A DNA stretch of 64,000 bases, from positions 32,001 to 96,000 of the IMG/VR virus record IMGVR_UViG_3300044712_002690; one strand, given 5' to 3'. Under the pieces are notes generated by a model, which was not told where the DNA came from, made no database searches, and saw only the letters and a list, made by a program, of their open reading frames with translations. The stretch is from a virus. Made by a program: the position numbers and the translations under genes. Below, piece by piece: positions 9,636 through 18,989 of this stretch (the stretch's first letter is position 1; each line of letters begins with the position of its first letter).

Positions 9636-12600
9636 CTATACTAAATTCTCGTATGCTTTAAGTAAATCTTCATTAAGTGTTTGTGGATAGTCAATCCACT
9701 TTCTAAATCCTTCTTTAAATCTTTGTAATTCATCTTGGAAATCTTTATTTAAGCAATGTCCTGAAGGATCCCAAACTCTACCATGAATCAATTTAGAGTC
9801 TACTTGTCCTCTTTTTATTGTATCTTCTGCTAAAGTAAATCCTTCTACTTGATTGTTATTTCCGTAAACAATATCTAGCATACCAAGAAGTCGATATGTT
9901 TCTAACTCTTCTCTATTAAGATCATAACTTGGTTGTCTAAATGCTTTTCTAATTTGTTTTTCAGCATCATCAGTTAAGAAATCACAATGTCTAATAAATA
10001 GTGAAGCCAATGATTCGTTTTCTTGTGCAACCCATCTTGATACATATAATGATGAACCTATAATAGAGAAAGGAATGTATCCTCTATGCTTCATCTTTTC
10101 TTGTTGCAATCTAGAACTAATCATTAGATTACGAAGATTCTGTCCATTCTCATCATTAGGAATGTTTGTTAATTCTTCTGCTATTTTAGCTTTTTGTGAT
10201 TCTTCCCATTCTTTCATATCAATAATGTCTTTTACAAAGACAATTTGATTGAATTTATTCTTTCTTGGCATCGAACATATTTTAGAAAATAGTCTTTTTG
10301 TTGCTTCTATTAAATCAATTGGACAATCAATTACTTTAATATCCTCTACATAAAAGTCTCGATATCTTTGAACTTGACTATCTAATTGATTACCAAAATC
10401 TTCATCAGCCCCTTCAGTAGCAGGTGAAGCAAGACAAATTTCTAATCCTGGTGATAATAGGAAGCTAACATTTCTACCTTTATTTAGTAATTCTTCAGTA
10501 GGAAATACTTCGCCATCTTTACCATATACGTTTTCTATCTTTACATTATAGATGCCTTGTTCATTATATCCTTTGAATTGACCGAAGCAGAAAGCACTTA
10601 TACCTATTCCTTTTATGTGAGATGCAAATTTTTCTGATCCTGTGCTAATAGCTTGATGTATCCAGTTTTCAATATCATTACAAACAACTAAGTCACTATA
10701 TCCTTTAAAATCTTTTTGCTGAGAGTATGGAATAAATCCTGTTCTACCGTATGCATACAATTTACCTTGCATGTATAATTTAACAAGAACTTCTTGTAAA
10801 TTATCAAAACTAGCTTCTTTAGTAGATAAACTAGCTAGTTTATGTAATAGCATTGTTACTGGTCCTGGAATTTGTTCTGATTTTAAATTCCTACTCCATA
10901 CTTCATTATCAATATTATCAACAAAACTAGATGTAGCTAATTCACTTTCCGCTTCTCGTTTAAATACTTCATCAACATGTAAATAAGTAGCTTTTGAATT
11001 ATCTCTAGGAAGAATGGTTTTGCGCTCTTCTACCAACTCATTATCAACTAATTGTGTTTGTTGATCTTTTCCTTTCTTAGTTTTCCAGAAGGGCAGTTTA
11101 GATAATGCTTGAGCCATTCCAGGCATACCAACAGAAGGTGCTGGTGGCTGTATATATACACCAATCCTTTCTTCAAGCTGTTGTTGATGTTTCTTTCTAA
11201 CTAATTCATCCTCAAGATCAAGACCCATTGATTGCATTAGTGTTAATGCTGATAAAGGACCTTTACCCTGAGCATATACGTTATTCATAAAAGTTAAGAA
11301 TGCTTGATCATCTCGCATCATTAACTTCTTATGCCAAACTAATTTAGGAAGGATAAGTCTTTCTTGGAGTTCTTTTCCTTCTCTTTTTACTCTAAATTGT
11401 CCTGTAATCTCTCTTTTATCTCTACGATACCATTCGTTTCTTTCAGCCATTACTTTAAAGAATTTATTTTGAATCCATCTTACTTCAAATAAATCCCTTT
11501 TAGCACGATAACGAGCAAGTTGTGTTTGTAATCCTACGTTAGCAGAAGCATATGTAGTCTCACCTGTCATAAATTGCTGGCTAACACCAAGAGCAATCAT
11601 TTTTTTACGATTGATCTCATCCCATTCACGGTCAAGTTTCATTACTTTATCAGCAACAGTGACATAATCTACATTAAGAGCATAATGGTAAATTAAAGCA
11701 AAGTTAGGATCAAATGTTGCTTGCTGTAGCATTTGAGCTAAAGCAGTTTGGTGAGATTCATTAGGAATCCAACCTTTCTGGGGATCACCAAGTTTAAATA
11801 TCTTTAATGGATAAATAAAGTTATCAGCGATAGTTATTTGAGATTCACGTAACTTGTCTTCATACATAAGTAATCTAAACAAACGATCTATGATAGATGT
11901 GCCACGAAGATCGTAAGGATTACTTCTACGTGCAATATGTGTAACTTCTTCAGAATCAAGAATAATATTCTTTCCAGAAAGAACACGACGAATAATTTCT
12001 TGAGGTAACCTTCTTTTTAATTCTTGATCTTGAGGTTTAGTAGAATTTACTAAGTGTTTAAGTTCATCATCAGGAAGTAATTCAATAGAATATTCTTGAT
12101 CAGCAAAAGGACTAGCAGATAATTCTACGAAATCAGGATTATGAATAATAATGTGTTTCCACATTCCTTTTTCATTATCCCAAGGTGTATTAATAAATAC
12201 TTCACCAATTTTAAGATATTCTAAGTCAATAAGAGGAAGCATAGAAAAGAACTGTGTTGCATCAATACAATCTTCTAAAGCTTGTTTAATCATGTTATCA
12301 TCACACATAATCTCAGCTTTAGAATAAGGAAGCTCAGCATGTAAATCTAAAACAGCTCCTACAACTTCATCATGATCATAGAACCATCTACGCCATCTAT
12401 TCTTTTGTTTAATACTTCTAGGAAGATAAATAGCGGTTGTAGTAACTTCTGGATCGTAAAAACGTCTAGAAGAGTTTCTAAGGATGTTAAGTCCACCGCT
12501 AGCCATACTGCTTGATAATCCAAGAGCAGCTAAACTAGAAAGACTAGAGCTTGTTGAAGCGCCAGTTTTATCTTCCCTTTCTGCATATACACTGGACCTA

Positions 12601-12665
12601 CCAGTTATAGATCCAGGTAAAAGGTTTTGGAAATTATCGTAGTTAGATTGTCGTTTCTTTGACAT
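9636..12665 (-). CDS. Portal protein with long C-terminal extension
   Basis: N-terminal ~510 aa show large-phage portal motifs (RWFYDHDEVVGAVLDLHAELP, EVTHIAR...PYDLRGTSII, YEDKLRESQITIAD, PLKIFKLGD), followed by ~480 extra residues. Confidence 0.8.
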   Translation of the reverse strand: MSKKRQSNYDNFQNLLPGSITGRSSVYAEREDKTGASTSSSLSSLAALGLSSSMASGGLNILRNSSRRFYDPEVTTTAIYLPRSIKQKNRWRRWFYDHDEVVGAVLDLHAELPYSKAEIMCDDNMIKQALEDCIDATQFFSMLPLIDLEYLKIGEVFINTPWDNEKGMWKHIIIHNPDFVELSASPFADQEYSIELLPDDELKHLVNSTKPQDQELKRRLPQEIIRRVLSGKNIILDSEEVTHIARRSNPYDLRGTSIIDRLFRLLMYEDKLRESQITIADNFIYPLKIFKLGDPQKGWIPNESHQTALAQMLQQATFDPNFALIYHYALNVDYVTVADKVMKLDREWDEINRKKMIALGVSQQFMTGETTYASANVGLQTQLARYRAKRDLFEVRWIQNKFFKVMAERNEWYRRDKREITGQFRVKREGKELQERLILPKLVWHKKLMMRDDQAFLTFMNNVYAQGKGPLSALTLMQSMGLDLEDELVRKKHQQQLEERIGVYIQPPAPSVGMPGMAQALSKLPFWKTKKGKDQQTQLVDNELVEERKTILPRDNSKATYLHVDEVFKREAESELATSSFVDNIDNEVWSRNLKSEQIPGPVTMLLHKLASLSTKEASFDNLQEVLVKLYMQGKLYAYGRTGFIPYSQQKDFKGYSDLVVCNDIENWIHQAISTGSEKFASHIKGIGISAFCFGQFKGYNEQGIYNVKIENVYGKDGEVFPTEELLNKGRNVSFLLSPGLEICLASPATEGADEDFGNQLDSQVQRYRDFYVEDIKVIDCPIDLIEATKRLFSKICSMPRKNKFNQIVFVKDIIDMKEWEESQKAKIAEELTNIPNDENGQNLRNLMISSRLQQEKMKHRGYIPFSIIGSSLYVSRWVAQENESLASLFIRHCDFLTDDAEKQIRKAFRQPSYDLNREELETYRLLGMLDIVYGNNNQVEGFTLAEDTIKRGQVDSKLIHGRVWDPSGHCLNKDFQDELQRFKEGFRKWIDYPQTLNEDLLKAYENLV

Positions 12666-12682
12666 AAAGCTCCATTAAGGCT

Positions 12683-13069
12683 TCATATATTAGTCGTATT
12701 GAGTCCTTGAACCGGTTGCACTGTCTGTTGAAATTCATCTGCTGGTACATACGCTGAACCTGAAGGACTAGCAGTACTATCAATTTGTACAATGCTTTGT
12801 CCTTCTGGTGTTTGTATTACATCTTCCACTTTATAAGGTGTTTTAGTCGCAGGATCAATGTATGTTTGACCTACTGTAGGGCCACCACCAACAGGCATCT
12901 GTGGACTAGCAATAGCTTGCTTAATAGGTTTAGCAAGTTTAAGTATAAGTATATCATCTACTACTTGATATCCTAACACATTTCCATACTGACCTGATTG
13001 TTTTATCAGGTCAGATATGGAAGCATCTTTAGTAAGAGGAATACTTATGAGTTTAGAATTTATAATCAT
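12683..13069 (-). CDS. Hypothetical protein
   Basis: 128 aa; contains KDAS and KQAIAS. Confidence 0.6.
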   Translation of the reverse strand: MIINSKLISIPLTKDASISDLIKQSGQYGNVLGYQVVDDILILKLAKPIKQAIASPQMPVGGGPTVGQTYIDPATKTPYKVEDVIQTPEGQSIVQIDSTASPSGSAYVPADEFQQTVQPVQGLNTTNI

Positions 13070-13071
13070 TT

Positions 13072-15891
13072 TTATTTATTGTATTGAACGAATTTAGCAA
13101 TTCCTGAATGAGCTAAAGCATACAAGTCCTCTAAAGACATATTATTACTCATATTATCAAAAAAGTCTGATAAGCCTTCGGTAATTTTTTCATCTATTGT
13201 TTGGTAAGCTTCATGTGGATCTACTCCCTCTTGTTCTGCCATCATAATTTCATGTGCTAAATCTTCAAAATCATACCCAATAGTTCTCTTAAGTTCTTGT
13301 TCCATTTGAAGAAGAATATTTTCAGTATCTGCTGCTTTCTTAAATTCAATGATTCCCTTTTCTTTACTAAGAGATATAGAAGCGATTTTAACATTGTCAA
13401 TTTTATTTGCTTCTGCAATTTTACTTACTACATCTTCTAATTGCTTATATGCATTAGTTTCCGCTGTAACAACAAGTGTTTTTGAATTAAGTTTCATACT
13501 GGCTCCTTTAAAACTATATTGATCATCCATAGCAGATTGACCACCTTGGAGATTGCCTAATTGCTGAGTAATAATATCTAACTGTTCTTTAATATTATAT
13601 TCACTAGGTGTATCCATTTTTACTGTTTGTAGATCTTCTTCTAATTGTTCTTTAAGATTCATTAGTTCTTGATATGATGCTGTTCCATTATAAAGTTTTT
13701 CTTCAAGATAGGGATCGCTTGCTGATTTTGTTCTCATGAATGCTTTCATACGTCCATAATTAAATTTATCCCTTTCTTTTCTGGCGTCCTCATCTTCCTC
13801 TTCCATAGCTAACTTAGTATCCATTATATCGCCTTCTTGATTTCGTACTGTTTCTTCAAATTCCTTTTGATCTAATCCATATACTGTAGCATCAAAAGAC
13901 TGGATATCAGCTAGTTGTCCGTCGGGACCTAATATTTGGTAATCAACATTCCAAGCAGGTTCACCTGTTTCATGAGGTTCATTAGGCCAATGGCTAACTT
14001 TAATATCTACAATATCAAAAACAATTTCTCCATCTGGATTATTAGGATCATTAAAATAAATATGGTAATCATTCATACTTGCCTCTTTATGCGCATGCAT
14101 TTGTTGTAAATGTTTTTTAGCTGCTTCTTCAGTACTATGAGAGGATAAAACTTTACCTGTCTCATGATCTTTAATAACCCACTCTGCTTTATTACCTTCG
14201 GAATCTTTATGTCCTTTTAAATGAGCTACAAAACCAAATCTTTTTTCTTTTTCATTATTAGCTCTAAAAGTTTTTCTTCCTTCTGGTATGTTAATAACTT
14301 TTCCTTTTTCAGATTCAGGTATAGAAGAAGGTTTAGGATCAGGTAACCTTTTATAATCATCAACAGGATCAGCAGCACCACCTCCGCCACCACCCATATA
14401 AGATCCAGACCAAATTGGCTTAGCTTCTTCTTGTAATCTTTCTTTCACAGCAGAAGCATCAGTAAGTTGTCTTCTTTGACTATCTAGTTCCTTCATTCTT
14501 TGTTCAAGTTTACTTCTAGTTTCAGCATCTGCCCAATACATATCTTTTGTAATTTGATTCATTTCTTCAATAATAGAAGTTAGGTTTTGTACGTTTTCAG
14601 GATTAACTTCTTTCATAAACTCATCAAACGTACTAAATTTGCTCCAAAACTTAGTCATGCTGCTCTCCTTATCCCACCCACCTTTGGGTGAAGCTCCCCA
14701 ACCCCAACCTGTATAGTCTGTATATGAGCCAGACCAAATTGGTTTTGCATCTTCTTTTAATTTAGATGAAACTGCTGATGTGTCAAGCAATTCTTTTCTT
14801 CTTTGATCTAAAGCGTTAAGTTCTTTTTGTAATTCTTCTCTTTTGTCAGGTTCAAGAACTAACATATGATTGCTAATCTGTTTCATTCTTTTAAGAATTT
14901 TTTCTAATTCTTGTTTATTTTCAGGTGTACTTTGTTGTAAAAAATCTTCGTATGAACTATATCTGGACCAAATATTTCTTTTATTAGCAGCTTTAATAGT
15001 TTCAATAACAGGTTCAATTTTTGAAAAATCAAAATTCGGATAAGAATTTTGAAGTTCATTTGATGCTTGATCAATTGCAAGATCAATAATGTCATCAGCA
15101 TCTTCCCAGCTAACACCTTCTGTAACAAAAAAATCTTTTGCTTTTGCAATTGATTTTGATAAATCAGGTAAATAACTTTCTAAATCTTCTTTGCTTGATA
15201 ACCCATAGTTAACAATTAACATTGTTAACTCATTTAAATATTTTACTACTTCTGGCTTATAATTTAAGATTTGTTCAATAGAGGCTTTCTTCATCTCTTT
15301 TTCCATGGGAATTAAATAATCCTTATAATAATTAGCTTCACCAGTAGCATCTATTGTTTCTTTTTCATGGTCAAGAGCAATGTCTTTATAAACTTCTTCT
15401 AGCTCATGAGGAGTAGGTGCTTGTTCACCTAAATTTTCATACATCTCTTGAACAGTATCTTTATGCTCAGATTCTATTTTCATTCCTTCATGCAATTCTT
15501 CTTTATTAGTTAATTCCTCTACTTCAGATTCAGTAAGCATTCTAGCTACTTTAACAGCAGAGGAATCATTAGATTCAACTAAAAAATCAAATAACGTTCT
15601 TTGTTCTTCTTCTGTAGCTAATTCTGGCTCATGTCCAATAAGATCAAGTATACGAGCAACAGTATTAAACATTCTTGTCATTTGTTTACTAATACCATGA
15701 GACTTTGTATATTCAATCATATTAAGATAGAGTTTATAAAAAGATTCACATTCACTTTTGAAGTCTTCAAAAGAAATGTTACCATTAAGTTCAACTGCTT
15801 TATAAATTTCCTCAGCTTGTCTAGGATATTCTAGTGTTTGAATAATTTCAAGCCAAGGTTGGAGTTGCGCGTATTTATTCATTCTAATCAC
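13072..15891 (-). CDS. Large acidic modular protein with internal duplication and many K-x-A motifs (putative inner head protein)
   Basis: 939 aa; two ~108-aa repeats each ending AKPIWSGSY; motifs KYAQ, KVAR, KKAS, KAAN, KEAS, KLAM, KSAS, KGAS, KIAS, KKAA. Confidence 0.55.
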   Translation of the reverse strand: MIRMNKYAQLQPWLEIIQTLEYPRQAEEIYKAVELNGNISFEDFKSECESFYKLYLNMIEYTKSHGISKQMTRMFNTVARILDLIGHEPELATEEEQRTLFDFLVESNDSSAVKVARMLTESEVEELTNKEELHEGMKIESEHKDTVQEMYENLGEQAPTPHELEEVYKDIALDHEKETIDATGEANYYKDYLIPMEKEMKKASIEQILNYKPEVVKYLNELTMLIVNYGLSSKEDLESYLPDLSKSIAKAKDFFVTEGVSWEDADDIIDLAIDQASNELQNSYPNFDFSKIEPVIETIKAANKRNIWSRYSSYEDFLQQSTPENKQELEKILKRMKQISNHMLVLEPDKREELQKELNALDQRRKELLDTSAVSSKLKEDAKPIWSGSYTDYTGWGWGASPKGGWDKESSMTKFWSKFSTFDEFMKEVNPENVQNLTSIIEEMNQITKDMYWADAETRSKLEQRMKELDSQRRQLTDASAVKERLQEEAKPIWSGSYMGGGGGGAADPVDDYKRLPDPKPSSIPESEKGKVINIPEGRKTFRANNEKEKRFGFVAHLKGHKDSEGNKAEWVIKDHETGKVLSSHSTEEAAKKHLQQMHAHKEASMNDYHIYFNDPNNPDGEIVFDIVDIKVSHWPNEPHETGEPAWNVDYQILGPDGQLADIQSFDATVYGLDQKEFEETVRNQEGDIMDTKLAMEEEDEDARKERDKFNYGRMKAFMRTKSASDPYLEEKLYNGTASYQELMNLKEQLEEDLQTVKMDTPSEYNIKEQLDIITQQLGNLQGGQSAMDDQYSFKGASMKLNSKTLVVTAETNAYKQLEDVVSKIAEANKIDNVKIASISLSKEKGIIEFKKAADTENILLQMEQELKRTIGYDFEDLAHEIMMAEQEGVDPHEAYQTIDEKITEGLSDFFDNMSNNMSLEDLYALAHSGIAKFVQYNK

Positions 15892-15895
15892 CGTT

Positions 15896-16267
15896 TCAAC
15901 TAATTGTTGAATAAGGAATTTTATCTTTATGGAGTTCTTGATATCTTCCTAATCCAGGTGTGCCTAATTCTTCTTCATTTATACTATCGTTAGTTTCAGT
16001 GTCTATAGTACTTAAACTATTTTTACAACTCATGTCACCGTATTCAGTAGCATATTTAGAAAAGTCTTCATAACACTTAAAAAATCTAAAAGAAGAAGTT
16101 CTTTGTCCTGTTGGTTCAGAAACTAATTCAACTTCTTCTCCTCTATTTCCAGTAACAGGTTTTATATCTTCAGAAGAAGATTGAGGAGTCATAAAAGGAT
16201 GAGATGTATTATCATCTGCCTTTTTAACTAACTCCTCAAAGCTTCTTATAGTAGAAAATAATATCAT
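15896..16267 (-). CDS. Hypothetical protein
   Basis: 123 aa; N-terminal FEELVKKADD. Confidence 0.55.
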   Translation of the reverse strand: MILFSTIRSFEELVKKADDNTSHPFMTPQSSSEDIKPVTGNRGEEVELVSEPTGQRTSSFRFFKCYEDFSKYATEYGDMSCKNSLSTIDTETNDSINEEELGTPGLGRYQELHKDKIPYSTIS

Positions 16268-18207
16268 TATTGTTTAACGTTATTAATCATTTCTTGTAAC
16301 ATAGAAGAAAGTCCTTCTTCCCCTACACCAGGAGGTGTTTTAAAAGCTGTACCTGAGTACATGGTATGATCAAAAATAACTGAACCATCATCTAATATAT
16401 AAATAAATAATCCATCGCTTCCTCCTGGAACAGGGAACTCAATTGAGTAGTCATATTCACCTGATTTTTTACCTGAGTTATTTAAAGCGAGTAAAAATCC
16501 TTTTTCATCAACTTGTTTTGTACCTTGAGGAAAATAATTAACATTAAATACTCGAGTTTCCTGTTCTTCAGAAAATTCCATATCTTCTATTTGTGTTATT
16601 AAACTTGATATATTTTGATTAGCTACTATTTTAAGTAACTGATCCAATTTTTTAATTTTAGCAAGTCTAATTTCTTGATTTTCAGAGGCTACTCTTTCAC
16701 CATGAAGGCCAAGAACATCTTTAGCTGTTTCAAAAACTTCACGAACAAGAGCTAATTCTTCATCTTCTGAATAGTCCATAGTTTCATGCATTTCCACAAG
16801 CTGTTTAGCTGTGTTGTAGATTTCATCAAGTTTAGAGATTTCTTCATCTTCACTATAGCCTTCATCGTCAAAGAAATCCATTAACATATCATCGAGGGCT
16901 TTCTTCAACTCAAATGCTTTTTTAGTGTCCATTTTATTTTCCTTCTCAACTTTTTTATTGTACTTACCAGCTAAATCTTCTTCATTATATGTCTTTTTAA
17001 AAAGTTCATTTTTCTTTTTATCCTTTTCTAAAGATTTAGCAACTCTGTTATAATGATTTAAATTGCTTGCTTCAATTCTATTAAATAGAATTTGTATGTG
17101 AGAAGCAATTCTATGCAATCTCTGTTCTTTTGTTTCTTCTGAGCTAGATTTTGATAAATTATAATGTACAACAGTTTTAAATTTACCAGTAGGGTTACCA
17201 TCTGAATCTAACAACTCAACAATAGCCCAAGGTACATCTAAATCCCATTCACTTTTAGCTATTTCTTCGGCTTGTTGTGGTTTGTATCCTTCATTTTTTA
17301 ACTCTTCTATTGCATCAGGTAACAATGACCATTTAACTTCAGGATCTTCTTTGAGTACTAATTTTTTTACAACACCATATTCAACTGGATCTTTTTTTGT
17401 ATCTTCTGGATCTTCTAAATGGGAAGATCCTGTAAAATCACCTATTAAATCTACATAGTCACCAGGTCGTATTTGATTTCCTGCTACATCTTCTGCTTCA
17501 TCAACCTCTTCACCTTCAATAGGTTTCCATTTTTCTGGTTGTTTACCTTGCCCATAAGGAACTTCTTTGAATGGTTCAAACATGTCATGAGAAATATCAA
17601 ATTCTTTTTTTATCTGTTCTTTAGCTTCTTCAGGTGAATATCCTTCATTTATTAAATCTTTATATACATCACGTATAATATTATTTCTTCTTTCTTCCAT
17701 TTCTGGTATAACTTCAGCTTTACCTGGTACTGCAAAAAATTGATGGTCTTCATTATATGCAGCAGCATATTTATTTGTAATACTATTCATAAGAGCAGTT
17801 TGATCAATTTCTGATAATCCTAAATTTCCTAATTCTTCTTGAACAGCAGCGATGGCTTCTTCTTTTGTTCCACCATTTTGAGTAACATTAGAATAAACAT
17901 CCTCTAGATATCTTTCTTCAAGTCTAGTGCCTAGATTTTCTTTTTTATACCCAAGACCTTGAACAAAATCTTGTACTTCTTTAATATATGCAGGAAGGTC
18001 ATACATATCTACAAAATCTAAAAGAAATTCTTGTACATCTTCTAAACTAAATTTTTGGAAAGCGGGATTAGATAAATCCTCTTCTTTACCATAACCAAAA
18101 GAATTAAGAAAATCGTTTGCTAATTCTTCACTATTATATTTAAGTCCTAATGAAAGAGCAAAATCTTGTAAAAATTCTTTTATATCAGCTAAATCAAATG
18201 TATTCAT
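16267..18207 (-). CDS. Acidic protein with short internal repeats (putative inner head protein)
   Basis: 646 aa; repeats such as NEGYSPEEAKE/NEGYKPQQAEE and YSEDEE x2; motifs KYAAA, RIAS, RVAS. Confidence 0.5.
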   Translation of the reverse strand: MNTFDLADIKEFLQDFALSLGLKYNSEELANDFLNSFGYGKEEDLSNPAFQKFSLEDVQEFLLDFVDMYDLPAYIKEVQDFVQGLGYKKENLGTRLEERYLEDVYSNVTQNGGTKEEAIAAVQEELGNLGLSEIDQTALMNSITNKYAAAYNEDHQFFAVPGKAEVIPEMEERRNNIIRDVYKDLINEGYSPEEAKEQIKKEFDISHDMFEPFKEVPYGQGKQPEKWKPIEGEEVDEAEDVAGNQIRPGDYVDLIGDFTGSSHLEDPEDTKKDPVEYGVVKKLVLKEDPEVKWSLLPDAIEELKNEGYKPQQAEEIAKSEWDLDVPWAIVELLDSDGNPTGKFKTVVHYNLSKSSSEETKEQRLHRIASHIQILFNRIEASNLNHYNRVAKSLEKDKKKNELFKKTYNEEDLAGKYNKKVEKENKMDTKKAFELKKALDDMLMDFFDDEGYSEDEEISKLDEIYNTAKQLVEMHETMDYSEDEELALVREVFETAKDVLGLHGERVASENQEIRLAKIKKLDQLLKIVANQNISSLITQIEDMEFSEEQETRVFNVNYFPQGTKQVDEKGFLLALNNSGKKSGEYDYSIEFPVPGGSDGLFIYILDDGSVIFDHTMYSGTAFKTPPGVGEEGLSSMLQEMINNVKQ

Positions 18208-18209
18208 AC

Positions 18210-18554
18210 TTATCCTCTCGATTTTTCTTGCTTTCTTAGAACAAGTGAATTTGAATTTTGGTTATACATTTCACTAGAAACTTCTTTAGCAACACGAAGG
18301 ATAACATCTACTGAATTATCATGATTTAATAAGCACTTTTCAGCTATGAAAATTTCTGCTTGAGGATATTTCTCTTTGTAATAATGAGCTGCTGCAGTTT
18401 CAAATGGTCCGTCTGTAATAAGACCCTTCTTACCAATACCTTTAAAAGATGTTCTGACATATCTAAGAAGGTTGAGATCAGCTAAGTCTTCCATGCTAAA
18501 TCTAACTAAACCTTTCTTTGAATTTATTTGGCTAACTTCTGGCATAATAATCAC
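18210..18554 (-). CDS. Hypothetical protein, first gene of the leftward arm
   Basis: 114 aa; GGAG RBS. Confidence 0.6.
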   Translation of the reverse strand: MIIMPEVSQINSKKGLVRFSMEDLADLNLLRYVRTSFKGIGKKGLITDGPFETAAAHYYKEKYPQAEIFIAEKCLLNHDNSVDVILRVAKEVSSEMYNQNSNSLVLRKQEKSRG

Positions 18555-18663
18555 ACTCCACTTGTGTGGGAATTAAATGAGTTCTAGTAAAAATTAGAAT
18601 AACTAGGGAAAGATTTAGGCGAAAAAACACACACACTTAATATTATTTTAATAAATTGTTTCT

Positions 18664-18725
18664 GAGTGCGAAGCACTCTTTTATTCTAGGAGAAGTGAGA
18701 ATTCCTCTTTAGTGAGCGAAGCTCA
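18664..18725 (+). other. Two GCGAAGC-core DNA mini-hairpins
   Basis: GAGTGC-GAA-GCACTC (18664-18678) and TGAGC-GAA-GCTCA (18713-18725). Confidence 0.75.
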
Positions 18726-18785
18726 TACATTAGGTTATATATGGTTATATATTGTTATAATAAGTTATATATAATTGATACCATG

Positions 18786-18917
18786 TCAAGTGGGTCACAT
18801 GAAGAGTTCAAGTGGGTCACATGGGGGTACTCAAGTGGGTCACATAGGACTTTCAAGTGGGTCACATAGCACTTTCTAAACGGGGATGAGCGTCAGACCC
18901 TATCAAGTGGGTCACAT
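18786..18917 (+). repeat. Five identical 15-bp direct repeats TCAAGTGGGTCACAT (iteron-like; candidate origin)
   Basis: Copies start at 18786, 18808, 18831, 18853 and 18903 (spacing 22, 23, 22, 50 bp). An AT-rich tract lies to the left (~18735-18780). The array is at the divergence point of the two gene arms. Confidence 0.9.
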
Positions 18918-18989
18918 GTAAATTAAAGTAATTTTGCTAGATTTCTCTCAGAATTACATATAATATTGTAATGAGTTAAAAATAAAACT

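Noticed and set aside
18786-18917. CRISPR mini-array
   Set aside because: Repeats are only 15 bp with 7-8-bp gaps (one of 35 bp), too short for spacers, and there is no cas operon; the RecB/Cas4-like gene is a common phage exonuclease.
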